DNA from: Guillardia theta CCMP2712
Lineage: Eukaryota > Protista > Cryptophyta
Direction of reading: 5' to 3'
DNA length: 64,000 nt
Assembly (NCBI RefSeq): GCF_000315625.1
Contig: NW_005434665.1
Location: 679,220 to 743,219, forward strand
This document shows positions 22,501 to 34,093 of the stretch, piece after piece. A program made the translations under genes and the position numbers. The notes beneath the pieces were generated by a model that saw nothing but the letters and a program-made list of their open reading frames with translations, did not search any database and was not told where the DNA came from. The number at the start of each line of letters is the position of its first letter. Positions within the stretch are counted from its first letter, which is position 1.

Positions 22501-25500
22501 CAGGCGGCAAACAGAGAGAACTTGTGAGCAGGTGTACAGAGAAAAGAGGGGAGGAGACGAGACAGAGGCAGAGGCAGAGGGGTATGAGGAGAGAGGAGAG
22601 AGAAGGGGAAGGAGATTCGGCGAAAAAAACGGAAACCGAGTTCAGCGGAGGAGTGATTTTGATCCTCACCTTCTCTTGGAAGTCTTGGAGAGCAATCGAC
22701 CTGCCGCTACCTGCTCCTCTTGTCAGCTTCGAGTAAATACCGCATTTGTCGCAACCGACCTAACCAACCCAAGATGCCGAACAGCAAGCCAGTGTCAGCA
22801 ACACCACAGACCTGCAACGATCATGACAGTCAGTTGTCCTTTGAGCCCTCCTCCCCCGATGACGTTCAGCTCCATAAGGAGGCAGACAGACCAAACTTCC
22901 TCCTCAATTTCACATAGACATGATGCAGACCTTGCGGAACAGGAGATCTATCGACGTGTGCATGGATGAGGACTTGAAGAAGTGCAAGATGAAGACTCCG
23001 CGATCCGACTTGATATCAGGAGGGAACGAGAGAAACTTCAACGAACTGCCAAAGTGCATTTCGGACGATGATCTCGAGCTTGCCTCCTCCTCCTGCTCCT
23101 CCGCAGCACAAGAAATAACAGGGCTACTCCTCTTCCTCAAGGCCTCTCCACTGTCCCATATCTGCAAAACCTCCATCACAGGCCGCCCAGCCTCGCATGC
23201 GATCACCTCGAACTTGTCAAAGGTTGTTCGACATCTCCACTCCAGCTTGTCGTCCTCGTCGATAACTTCCACCTTGGTGACATCACGGTCGAGCACAAGC
23301 CTGTCGAACTGCACGTGCAGGCTACGGCCCACTGCTCGGACCATCTCGATCTCGTTCTCCTTACGGGATACGCGGACGTCTAGCTCGACAAGCCCGATCT
23401 GAGGACGACTCACTCGCCCGCATTCGCCTTCGCCTCCTCCTCACCTTCACGTTGTACTGCGAGCGGATGTGTTGCTTCTTGGACCCAAGCTTCGCGTGCG
23501 CAATGTCCTAAAAGCCAGAGATCAACATTACAGCTGCACGTTTACAACTTGTATCGTGAGAGGGTGTCTCATCTTGTTACATGTTACGCCAACTCCACAC
23601 TCCCCTCACCACTGAACCATACCAGGGCTCCCCTCTCCCCTCTCTTCACCTCCTCTCCTCGCGCACCTGCATCAGCATGTCGCAAATATTTCTCGCCTTG
23701 TGCTCGGCTCGCAGGTACTTTGCCTCATGAAAGAAATCATCTTCCGACAACTCACTTCTCTCCGTCATGTTCTCCCCGAAGATTGCCAACAGCAGCGCAT
23801 ACTGACAATCATTAATCGCCCCCTTCGCTTCCTTGAGGTCAATGAGCATCGACAAGCCTCCATCGCCCTCCTCCTCCTGCCTGCCTCCCTTCACCGTCCC
23901 GAGATGCGCAACCCCGTCTATCTTGCTGAAGATCGTCTTCCTGACGCCTTCGATGATCGACTCCATCTTCATGTCCTGCAGCTCCACCGACCACATCCGG
24001 TCCTGCGCCAGCTCCTCGCTCTTTACAAAGAGGTTCACCACCTTGATGCTTCCGAGGTCTGCAGACAAGCTGTCGTTTGACATGGAGTTCCGAGGGAGGA
24101 GGAGCACTGGGTGCTCAAGCTCAAACTCCACCTTTACCTTCGTCGTGCTTATGTCCCTCTTCTGTGCTGCTCCCGTTTCCTCCCCCGTCGAGCTCCCTGG
24201 CTCTAGCATGCTGCTGGCCTCGTCGAGTGCGCGGAGTTTGGAGAGGTAGTGGTTGAAGTCAGCGAGGAATCGCGATAGGATGGTGATCTGTGCATGCCTG
24301 ATCACCATCTTCACCGTGCGATCGAACCCAGGATAGAGGCTCGAGCGAGAATCGTAGGTGGCAATGTCGAAGGAGAGGCAGGAGGCACCGCCATCGTAGA
24401 CTTCGCTCCTAGCCAAGATGTCCTTGTTCATAGTGCCAGCTACGCACATGTCGACGACCTGCAGCGAGAGGAGGTCTCCTGTGATCCTGAAGCATCCGTC
24501 CACGAACCTCGTCACCTTCCCGTCCACTCCCTCCATCAGGATCTTTGCGCAGAAATTCTCGTCCAGCAGGTTGCCGAAGCACATGGAGATGCTGGGCAGC
24601 CTCACGGACATCTCCACCTGATCCCTTGGCCTCTCCTGCTGCTCTCCCCCGCTGGCTCCGTCCCCCTGCGACAAGGAGCCGAGCAGGTTGATGAGGATTC
24701 TCTTCATGATGAGCATGTCGATGATGGTGAGATGGACCTCCAAGGGGCTCGCGCTCAGCTCCACACTCGCTGGTATGCAGCCGACGAGATCCCTGGACCA
24801 GAAATTGGAGAACTGCAACGATGCTGGACGGAGGATGTTGGAGTCCGACCAGATGGGATCGGCGAAGACCTCGTCATCGTAGCTCGTGTAGCTCATCTGA
24901 TGGTCTGCCGGCACGAGTCATCGGCAGCGCAGAGGATGACAAGTGGAGGAGGACACGAGGAAGAGCAAGAAGGGAAAGGGGGCAAGGGGGGGCAGGGAGG
25001 AGGAGAAGCATATGACCTTCTGCAGCTCTGTGGCAGACGATGGTGAACTGCTCAAGGAGCCAGCTGAGCATGAACTCGCGGAATTTCTGCGACAAAGATG
25101 AGGACAAGGCGGTCAACAAGAGGAGGAGGGAACGGAGAGGAGGAGGAGGAGGAAGAGGAGGAGCGAAGGAGGAGGAGTCAACCACCTGAACGAACGAGAC
25201 GGTCAGAGAGCCCTCGAACAGGAAGGCGTCAGACTCAGCAACGGCAAAGTCAGTGACGAGGTGGATCCTGGCATCCTGCAGCTGGGTCTTGGTCAGCAGA
25301 GCTCCTGCTCGAGCCTTGGCGAAGCTGAAACCCTTCTCTTCCTCGTCCTTGCGTGAAGCAACTTGCCCTCCCTTTCCTGCAGCAGGGGGATCCATGAGAC
25401 AAACAGGGAGGGGGGGGGGGGGGGGGAGAATGAGGATTCAGAGGAGGTAGAGGGTAGGTGATGAGGAGGAAGAGGAGCAGAGAAGGAAGGGGAGGAGGAG

Positions 25501-28500
25501 AGGAGGAGGAAGAAGATAAAGGGAGTGGAGGAGGAAGGGGATAAGAAGCAATTGGTGGAAGTTTCAGACAAGCTTCAAGCAACTCACCGAGCCAGGTAAG
25601 AAAGCGGAGGATGAGACCCGCGTCAGCGATCGCTTCGGCCTCACGGAAGATGAGATCGATCCTCATGTGGAACGACGAGGTGCTGGCAAAGTGCAACTCG
25701 ACGCAAGGGGAGAGAGGATGAGACGATTGGCAAGTCAAGAACGGCAAGACTCGCACGGCGTTCATCGGCCGACTGTCGAGCACCTGAGATTTCGTCAGAT
25801 CTTATTGAAGGACAGAGAGGATCCTGTCCACCTTGGCGAACGAGAACGAGACGTCCAGCGACCACCGCAGACTTTCGTCATCCTCGCTCTCAGGGACCGT
25901 CGCCAGGTCAAAGAGCTTGAGGAGGATCTTGAGGTCTTTCCCGGACACGCGGAAGATAGGATCCTTCTCGCCCGAGCTGTCTTGACCCCCCAGCGCAGAG
26001 TAGAAGGAGACGTCAGCGCTCGCAATCTTGATGGTGCATTCCGTGTTGACGAGCTTCCCAAGGGAGTTGTCGACTGCCTTCTGAAGAACATGGTCGATGG
26101 TTTTCATGTTCAGCTTGTCGATAGTCAGCAACACCTCACCCAGCTCATTGACACCGCCGCCCTCCCCCTCTACGACGCATTTCTCCGTCAGGTTCTCTCC
26201 CAGGATGGCCGACAGGATGCCGTACTGCACGTCAGAGAACTCTCCACTGACGTCCTCAAAGCTGATCTCGATGTCGAGCTTGCCCCTCCCATCATCGACA
26301 GTGATCGGACGGATCTTGGCGCTTCCATTGGCGTTGCGGATGATCTCTGTGATGCAATTCTCGCTCTCCGTCGAGTCGATGCGTAGGTGCTGGAGGGTGA
26401 CAGACCATTCGGACACCATCGTGAGGGATGTCTCGTTCATGACTGAGATCCCCCCAAGGTCTGCAATGAAGGTCTGGTGCGAGCACGAGTTCCGCGGGAT
26501 GATCACGATGGGGTGCTGCAGGTCGATGAGGTATCGAGTCGTGTTGCGGCGGAAGTTCTGCCATGACGAGTCCCTTCTGTCCTCCGACTCCTCCCTCCTC
26601 TCCTGCAGAGCTCTCTCCCTAGTACCCCGCGAGAACGTCTGGAAGAAGTACCCGAGGAAAGAAGTCCAGACCCGGCGGAGAAACACGATCCTCGGCTGGT
26701 TGATCTGGATCTTGATGTCCTTGCAGTAGCCGGGGAAGGTAAGGGAGCAGACATCGTACGATCCGAGCTCGAGGTGGATGAGATGATCTGCAGACTGCGA
26801 CGTAGTGAGGATGTACTTGTACATGGAGTTGTTCTTGACGCTCTCCAAGATGTGGATGCCATCGAGGTCTCCCCTCAGCAACGAGGTGCCGTCAGTGAAG
26901 AACGTGGCATCTACCTTCACGTCGTCGAGCTCGATCCTGTACAGGCTCTCCTGCATGACGTCGAGGAAGTCGATGGAGATGCCGTAGCTCGAGAAAGAGA
27001 TTGAATTCTTTGTCTTCTTGACGCTGTTGTTGGAGGTGAAAAACTCTAGAGGAGCGTGCTTCGGCAACAGCGAGCCACACAGCCCAGCCCTCCACAGCTC
27101 CTCCTCTCTAGGAGAGAACGCATCCTTTTCTCTCGGGGAGACCCTCTGCTCCAGCGACGAGATGGCCCGAGCAAACCCGCCGTCCTCCCTGACTGCAATC
27201 TTGTACAAGTTCAGCTTGCCGATGTCCCAGGATTTGGAACACAAGGAGATGGTGGTGGAGATGAGTCTCATCACCTCCTGGTTGAGACAGACATCCAGCG
27301 CCATCATCTTGATCTCGAGCTCCTCCTTGTCCGCCGAATCTACCTTGTGAGAGGCCCTGAACAGCTTCATCTGACTCTTCACCGGCAGCCTTGACATCAC
27401 AACCTTCCTCTCCTCCTCCTGCGTGCGGACGAGGCTGCTCTCCACGTTGAAGTCGGTCATCGTGACACTCCACGACACGATCTTCTCCTGCTTGATCCAG
27501 CTGTTGATGCCGCAGAGGTTGAGGACAAGAACGTCGCTCTGCTCCTGGTCTGCGAGGACACGATCTTCTCCTGCTTGATCCAGCTGTTGATGCCGCAGAG
27601 GTTGAGGACAAGAACGTCGCTCTGCTCCTGCAGCACCGGGCGGTCATTTCCTTGGAGCTCGACGATGACGTTGTCGAGTTGCGCCTCCTTCCTCCCCCTT
27701 GGCCACCTCCTGCAGCACCGGGCGGTCATTTCCTTGGAGCTCGACGATGACGTTGTCGAGTTGCGCCTCCTTCGGGATGTCCCAGCTGACCAGCGGGTTG
27801 ATGGCCTTCTGCGCCATGCGTATAGAGCTGAGCCAGAGGTTGTGATGGTGAGCCGCGAAGATCTGCAGGGCCTGACGCCCAGCAGCCTCTGGTTGGATCT
27901 CGATGACCTTGAGCCCCTCCACACTCGCAGTCTGGAAGTAGCTCGAGTCGATCTCGACGATCTCATCCGGGGCGACCTCCTCCCCGTCTGACCTGCACAG
28001 GTGCAGCCCCGTCCTGTGCAACCTTACCCACCTCCAGCACCATCCGTCCCTTGACTTGATCCCGTTGATAAGGAGCCAGCCGGCCAAGAGGACGGCCGGC
28101 GACCTCGCCTTCCTGCCGTATACCGTCGTGTAAGTCCACGAGGAGATGATGCGGAAGATGTCTTGCAAGCACTCCTTGGACGCCGTGAACTCCATGGAAG
28201 AGACCAGAGCTTCGACTACGACCTCCTGGTTTGAGTTGACTTCGTTCGTGATCAAGTGACTGGTCACTGCAAGGTGCGTGTCGTCCATGATGCAGTCAGG
28301 TGTCACGTGCTCGGTCTCCTGAGACTTCAAGTTGATTCCCCTCAACAGATCTATTCCGATCTTCTCTACTCGAAACAGGAAAGTTGCAAAGTGACTCTCC
28401 AAGCGCCCTTCTTGGCTTGCCAGATTCGCTTTCTCCTCGTCACTCAATGACCCATTCTTCACCGACACATCCCCCAACTTGAGCAACAAGCATGAAGCTA

Positions 28501-30454
28501 GTTTGTCTTGATGTACATTCTCGTAGATCAACATGTTTGGCGCGGCAACGTGAACGTCGATAGCATAGTGAGCCCTTACTTTTCCGCGCAAGCTGCTCCC
28601 TCCTTCACTACCAGGTTGCCGATACCTCTTGAGACCTGAATATGCGTCCTTTGCGAACCGAGCTGCTCTTTCAATGTCCAAGGAGGCATCTGAAACTTCC
28701 CAGAAGCAGACGAGATTATGCATGATGTGAGGACTGAAGACCAGCTCCAGCTTAGTGATGTGCAGTTCAACACTCGTGTCATTCCTTTGCGTCGAGATCT
28801 TCTTGCTGTAAGCCATGTCCACCAGATTGGATGAACGATCCTCGGACTCTATCTCGCCTCCTTCGATTCGCCTGCACAACAAGTGGCCAGTGAGTACATC
28901 CCTGACTTGAAAAGAAGAAATCTTTGATCCTAAGGCTGTCTCTTTGGAATTCTTCATGATGTCGAAGGAGGATAGAGTCATTTCATACGAGATGTCAAAG
29001 TGAGAAGCTTGATCTATCAGACGAAGCTCGCACCGCTGCAATCGTAAAGCGACATGAAATCTCCTGCTTTCCATGTTCTGACTGATGCTCGAGCTTGAGT
29101 AAGTCTCGCCTATTTCAAGTGTATGCACATCCAAGGCAGCCAGCAAGGATTTCTTCTCTTCGGCAGACAGCCCTTGGAGTGGAGAGGCGATGGCATCTTC
29201 AACTGCTCCCTCGGGTGCCGCTTGCGACTTGGGAGCTGTCATGCGACTCCACCATGAAGCATTCGATTTCCTCTTGGAAACATTCGCTTGCTTTGATTTC
29301 ATCGCCTTCAAGGCAGTACACCTGAAGTAGACTACGTCATGAAAGGCGTACTGGTCTTCGAGCTCTTCGATCTCTTTCTGCTCTTTCACATTCAGATCTT
29401 CTCCCCGCTGTTTTGTGTATATTTGAATGTACTTCAGACGATGCTTGCGACGCTCCAACAAGTAGCCTACACTTCGCTTCCTCCTCCTCTCGCGAATGTC
29501 TTGGATCAGAACGTTTTGGATGTAAAGCCACCAGCCTCGAGGATCTTGCGCTGGAGATTTGCTAGGCCTGCCACTTCTGCACAGGGAATCGTCCCTCCAA
29601 TGTATGAAGAAATTCAATATTTGGAGAGAAGATCTGTACTGATCTCTGAAAAGCTTAAAGTCGACCGAATCTAATTGTATGGAAACCTCTGAGTTCGGTA
29701 GGTCAGGGTTCCGTTTGCCTGTCCTTTGATGGAACAAATCCAGCTGAACAGACGTTGGGCTCAAAATGTACTTGCTGCCGCCATGCATGCGTATGTCTTC
29801 AATGTTTGAAACTTTCTCACAGTCTACGCATAACCCTTCAAGCAGTACACTCTTGGACACATTGAACTCTTTGGAACCCTCCACCTCGGCATTTGTCAAA
29901 GACAAGCTGTCAAACATCAAGCCTAGGCTCGTTTGCGTCTCATGATCATAGAGCCTCAGCTCAAAGGTGGACACATGCACCTCAAGCTTCCTCACGAACG
30001 CTCGGAATGGGATTCCCTTGCCAACTTTGGTCGCTTCCGGGTCATCATTAGCCTCCGATACCGGTATGCTTTCTTCCAGCTGCAATTCCCATTGCTCAAG
30101 TAGAGCTCGCTTAGCCTGTTGCTCGATATCTTTGACTTGCTGTGGACTCAGTTTGCTGTCCTTCTTGCTTTGAACAAGAATATGAAAAGAGTCTATGCGA
30201 ACCTGGATCGAATGTTTCTCTTGCCAAACAACTTCGAGCTTTTTGAGAGAACCTGAAACCACTTGAACAGGAACTGCCATTCCATCCAGACAGGATGTCT
30301 TGACTTGGATGTTCTCCGCGGAGATGGTCCATACTTTCCCCTGTGTCTTTGCCTGCAAATTCTTTTTGTCGATGACCAGCCAACTGTGAAAGAAGTTTAC
30401 AAGTTGAAACATGGTCATCTTGCTTACCGTCCAACATACTTGGAGAGCAGCCAT
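16544..30454 (-). CDS. VPS13: VPS13-family bridge-like lipid transfer protein (~4000 aa, multi-exon) with PH, two GRAM and one FHA domain insertions
   Basis: Chorein-N (VPVQVVSGSLKKLEV, QQAKRALLEQWE), PAQDPRGWWLY, VAAPNMLIY..LLLKLGDVSVKN, two mid repeats (HPIVIIPRNS..ADLGGISVMN and HPVLLLPRNS..ADLGSIKVVN), SSWRPAVEPW, VAB-type repeats (PYSIHN, PWVVDNL, YWLLNLTG, HRITNHS) and C-terminal FQLDNQF..TPFPVV. Built from ORFs 27644-30454, 25802-27478, 23646-24914, 22910-23413, 21939-22439 and 16777-21942. Confidence 0.92.
27474..27773. repeat. Two overlapping exact tandem duplications (74 bp: 27474-27547 / 27557-27630; 67 bp: 27625-27691 / 27707-27773) forming an intron in VPS13
   Basis: Base-by-base comparison. 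GT at 27706 and CAG/GAG acceptors at 27545/27542 on the minus strand. Confidence 0.9.
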
Positions 30455-30739
30455 GATATGATTCTTTGCTTCAGCCAGTCCAGCATTTCGTCTCTCAATC
30501 TCCCTCGCGGACGACTTTCGGATCGGTGACTGGTGAATGTCCTGACCCTTAAGTTGCTATCTGCTCAAGTTATGGATGCTGGCTCCCTCCGCACACGGCA
30601 GGCAGAGTGCATGAGGGAGGAGCTTGCTCACTCCCATCATCCTTATCTCATCTCTCATCCCCTCACGACGCAGTGCCGCGGGGGCACGGCCGGACACATT
30701 CCTCAGTCCGCACCATTCGAGTGGAGGAATATCGCAAAT

Positions 30740-33660
30740 CTTTACTCAAAGGCGTACAAAAACACATCCGCCTCAGGTAAGTCTAATCGAATTCCTTGAG
30801 CGGCACTGCCAGACAACTCCTGCCCCGGCCGTCGGATTCTTCAAGCGCTATCCCAGTCGCCGTGGCAGGCCGGGGGGCGGCCCGGAGTCAAACAAGCCGC
30901 CCGGGGCGAGTTTACGTTTTACTGGGCGCCGCCGCATGGTCCCACACTGCCGCATGAACGCTCGCTCTTTTACTCAACTTGGCAAATCATAGTTAAGTTA
31001 AAAATCACTATTGGGCTACGTAATAATACCGTACGGTACTACGGTAGGACCGTTGACTCTTGAAGCCGGCTCGCTCCCGGCACGTTCTCTGCCCGGCCGC
31101 TTGAAGGTGTCGGACCGTCTTTACTCAAAAGATTAAATTAAAAATCAGCCGCCGAACTTCTGACTGAAGCCCCCCGGACTCCGACTCTGAGGCTCACTGA
31201 CGGCGGTCACTGAGTCAGTACGGTCAGCCCTCAGGGCCTGCCGTCACCCTGACCCGGGCCCGGGCGGGCCGCGGCAGTCGGACCGGCGGGCCGCCGCGGC
31301 GCGGCGCGGCCCGGGCGCCGCGGGGGCCGCCGCCCGGCCCGGCGCCCGAGTCACTTATCCGATGATCTGCCTGAGGCTCGGCTCGGAGCCTGGCCGGGCC
31401 GAGCCTGGCCGGGCCGCGCCCGGGTATTACACGGTAGTACGGTCAGTCGGGTTGAGTAAAGGGGAATCATTCACGTTTCAAATGCCGGCGGGCACGCTCT
31501 CTCTCTCTCTCTCTCTCTCTCTGTTATCTGAAGTTCTCTCCTCAGACTCTCTTATCTTATCCTCCTTCTCTCGTCATTGCATCAGCTCGCCAGCCATCTC
31601 CCTTATCTCTGCACTGCACATCTAATAGCCCTGCATGAAAATCTTCTTCAGAATGGACAATCCTTGAATGGTTATTGCCCACTCAGCATGACTGTGAACT
31701 TGACGTTGTATCATCGTATCTTGACTTGGATCTGCTGACATTCTCTTGTTTGAGTGACTTTCTGACGTCCGATGTAACGTACTATTTCAGAAACTCGGGG
31801 GGAGGATGAAACGTATGCCAGCCGTGCCAGTCAGATAGCGCCGAGTTAACAAAAACTCTCCTGTAAACCAAGACGACTTACGTGGCGAGGCGGCATGTAG
31901 TACATGGGATGAAGAGGGGACTTTCCTAGCCGTCTTGTTAAGGTCCTCTCATGTCTGGATGCTTGGGTTTCACATCCTAGCATACAGTCTATCTCTCATG
32001 TGCTCCTCAATTCTGTTTTTGTGTGCATTAAACTCGGTCTTGAGCAAAAACTGTCTTGTTACAACTAAGGTCGATGTGATATCTGCGTGAGGCTTTGGAC
32101 TAGTACAAGTCTAACAAACTTGTATTCCGTCGGTTATGAGCCTCGATTACATGCTCAATCATGTTGATCTTATATTTGGTTAGTTGAATTGTTTACTGGA
32201 GTTTTTTCTTTCTTGGTATTGTTTTCCGTTACTGTTGAAAATTCATGCAACTTTCTATCAAGCCTTACACATTCGGTCTCTCTAGCCGCAAGTTGCTTAG
32301 GCCTCTCATCCCAGCCTCAATTTGTTTGATTGATCTTCGAATAGGAAAAACAAGCCTTTCCCCAGCCAGATTGGTCGGTCGAATATCTGCTTAACCGTGT
32401 GGAAACGCACTTGAAGCTGATTCGATTCTTATTTTCTTGATCTTTGAGTAGGATCAAATGGAACTCCCAGGAGATCTGGCGGAAGTTTCATGTCATGGAG
32501 CTAGGCTGTGGCATGCATAACTGGAGCTACTTCTGGATCGGCGAACAAGGTACAACTGCAAATTATCTTCAGATGCCTTGAAACGGATGTTCCAATCTCG
32601 CGGCAGCAATCTCTGGTCACAAGTTCTTTACGGTTCAAAAATTTATCTTTTGGTCTTCAAATGCTGGCGAGCAAACTTCTCTCGTCTTCTCTTTTATTTT
32701 CTCTCTTCTCAGACACTCTTATCTTTACTCTATCTCTCTTCATTGCATCCGCTCGCCAGCCATCTCCCTTATCTCTGCACTGCACATCTAATAGCCCTGC
32801 ATGAAAATCTTCTTCAGAATGGACAATCCTTGAATGGTTATTGCCCACTCAGCATGACTGTGAACTTGACGTTGTATCATCGTATCTTGACTTGGATCTG
32901 CTGACATTCTTGTTTGTGTGACTTTCTGACGTCCGATGTAACGTACTATTTCAGAAACTCGGGGGGAGGATGAAACGTATGCCAGCCGTGCCAGTCAGAT
33001 AGCGCCGAGTTAACAAAAACTCTCCTGTAAACCAAGACGACTTACGTGGCCGGGCGAGGCGGCATGTAGTACATGGGATGAAGAGGGGACTTTCCTAGCC
33101 GTCTTGTTAAGGTCCTCTCATGGCATGTCTGGATGCGTCTGGATGCTTGGGTTTCACATCCTAGCATACAGTCTATCTCTCATGTGCTCCTCAATTCTGT
33201 TTTTGTGTGCATTAAACTCGGTCTTGAGCAAAAACTGTCTTGTTACAACTAAGGTCGATGTGATATCTGCGTGAGGCTTTGGACTAGTACAAGTCTAACA
33301 AACTTGTATTCCGTCAGACTGTCACTACTGAAATACCGGGCGCGGCCCGGGCGCCGGGCCGCCGCCGCCCGGCGCCCGAGTCACTTATCCGATGACTCTG
33401 CCTGGCTGAGGCTCGGCTCGGAGCCTGGCCGCCGGCCCGGCCGAGCCGGGCCGGGCCGCGCCCGGGTATTACACGGTACTAGTAGTACGGTCAGTCGGGT
33501 TGAGTAAAGGGGAATCATTCACGTGACTGTCACTACTGAAATAATAACTTTGAGTAAAGAAATAAAACCCGGGCCGCGGCGCGGCCCGGGAGCCGGCCCG
33601 CCGCCGGGCCCCCCGCTCAGCCGGGTGACTTGTGACTAATAACTTTTGAGGGTGGATAAG
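30740..33660. repeat. Non-coding repeat island: GC-rich ~180-bp element x2 (31301-31476, 33339-33524) bracketing a ~560-bp direct duplication (31574-32131, 32740-33315); possible degenerate mobile element
   Basis: Direct alignment of the copies. 19-bp direct repeat GACTGTCACTACTGAAATA at 33317 and 33525. TTTACTCAA/TTGAGTAAA motif x6. (CT)n at ~31497-31521. No recognisable transposase or RT ORF. Confidence 0.8.
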
Positions 33661-34093
33661 ATTAATCATGTTGGAGAAAAGGGGGTACTTTGAGGGGGAG
33701 GGGACGGGTAGTGATAGTCCTCAAGAAGCACGGCGATACCGTGGATACAAAAGGGTGGGTCCCAAATTTGACAACTTGAAGGTGTAGACGGGCATCATGA
33801 GATGACTCGAAGGGGGTCCATGGTGAGGGTGGGTGGTACGTAGCCTAGTAGTAGGGGGTGATGAGAGAGCGTGGGGAGGAGTCAACTAGAGCGCATATCA
33901 ACTGGGATCATAGATGGTGGGGTACATTCTAACCACCCTACCTCTCGAATCATGGAATCTTATAACTTGGTAGGGTAGGGAAGTAGCTATTCCACCCCAC
34001 CTACCAAAATCCATTTCAAGCATAGGAAAATAACGGGTGGTGGTAGAAGAATGGGAGGGGTGGTCGTCGTATATTGGGCGCAGAGGATCTAGT

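Noticed and set aside
27474-27773. CRISPR-like repeat-spacer array
   Set aside because: The repeats are copies of adjacent exon sequence, only two of each, in a eukaryotic gene, with no cas genes.
17300-27990. Many 100-260 aa plus-strand and alternative-frame ORFs overlapping VPS13
   Set aside because: Shadow ORFs caused by high GC3 codon bias; no recognisable motifs.
31574-33315. LTR retrotransposon with ~560-bp LTRs
   Set aside because: No TG...CA termini, PBS, PPT or gag/pol. Similarity fades gradually on the left, which fits a partial tandem duplication better.
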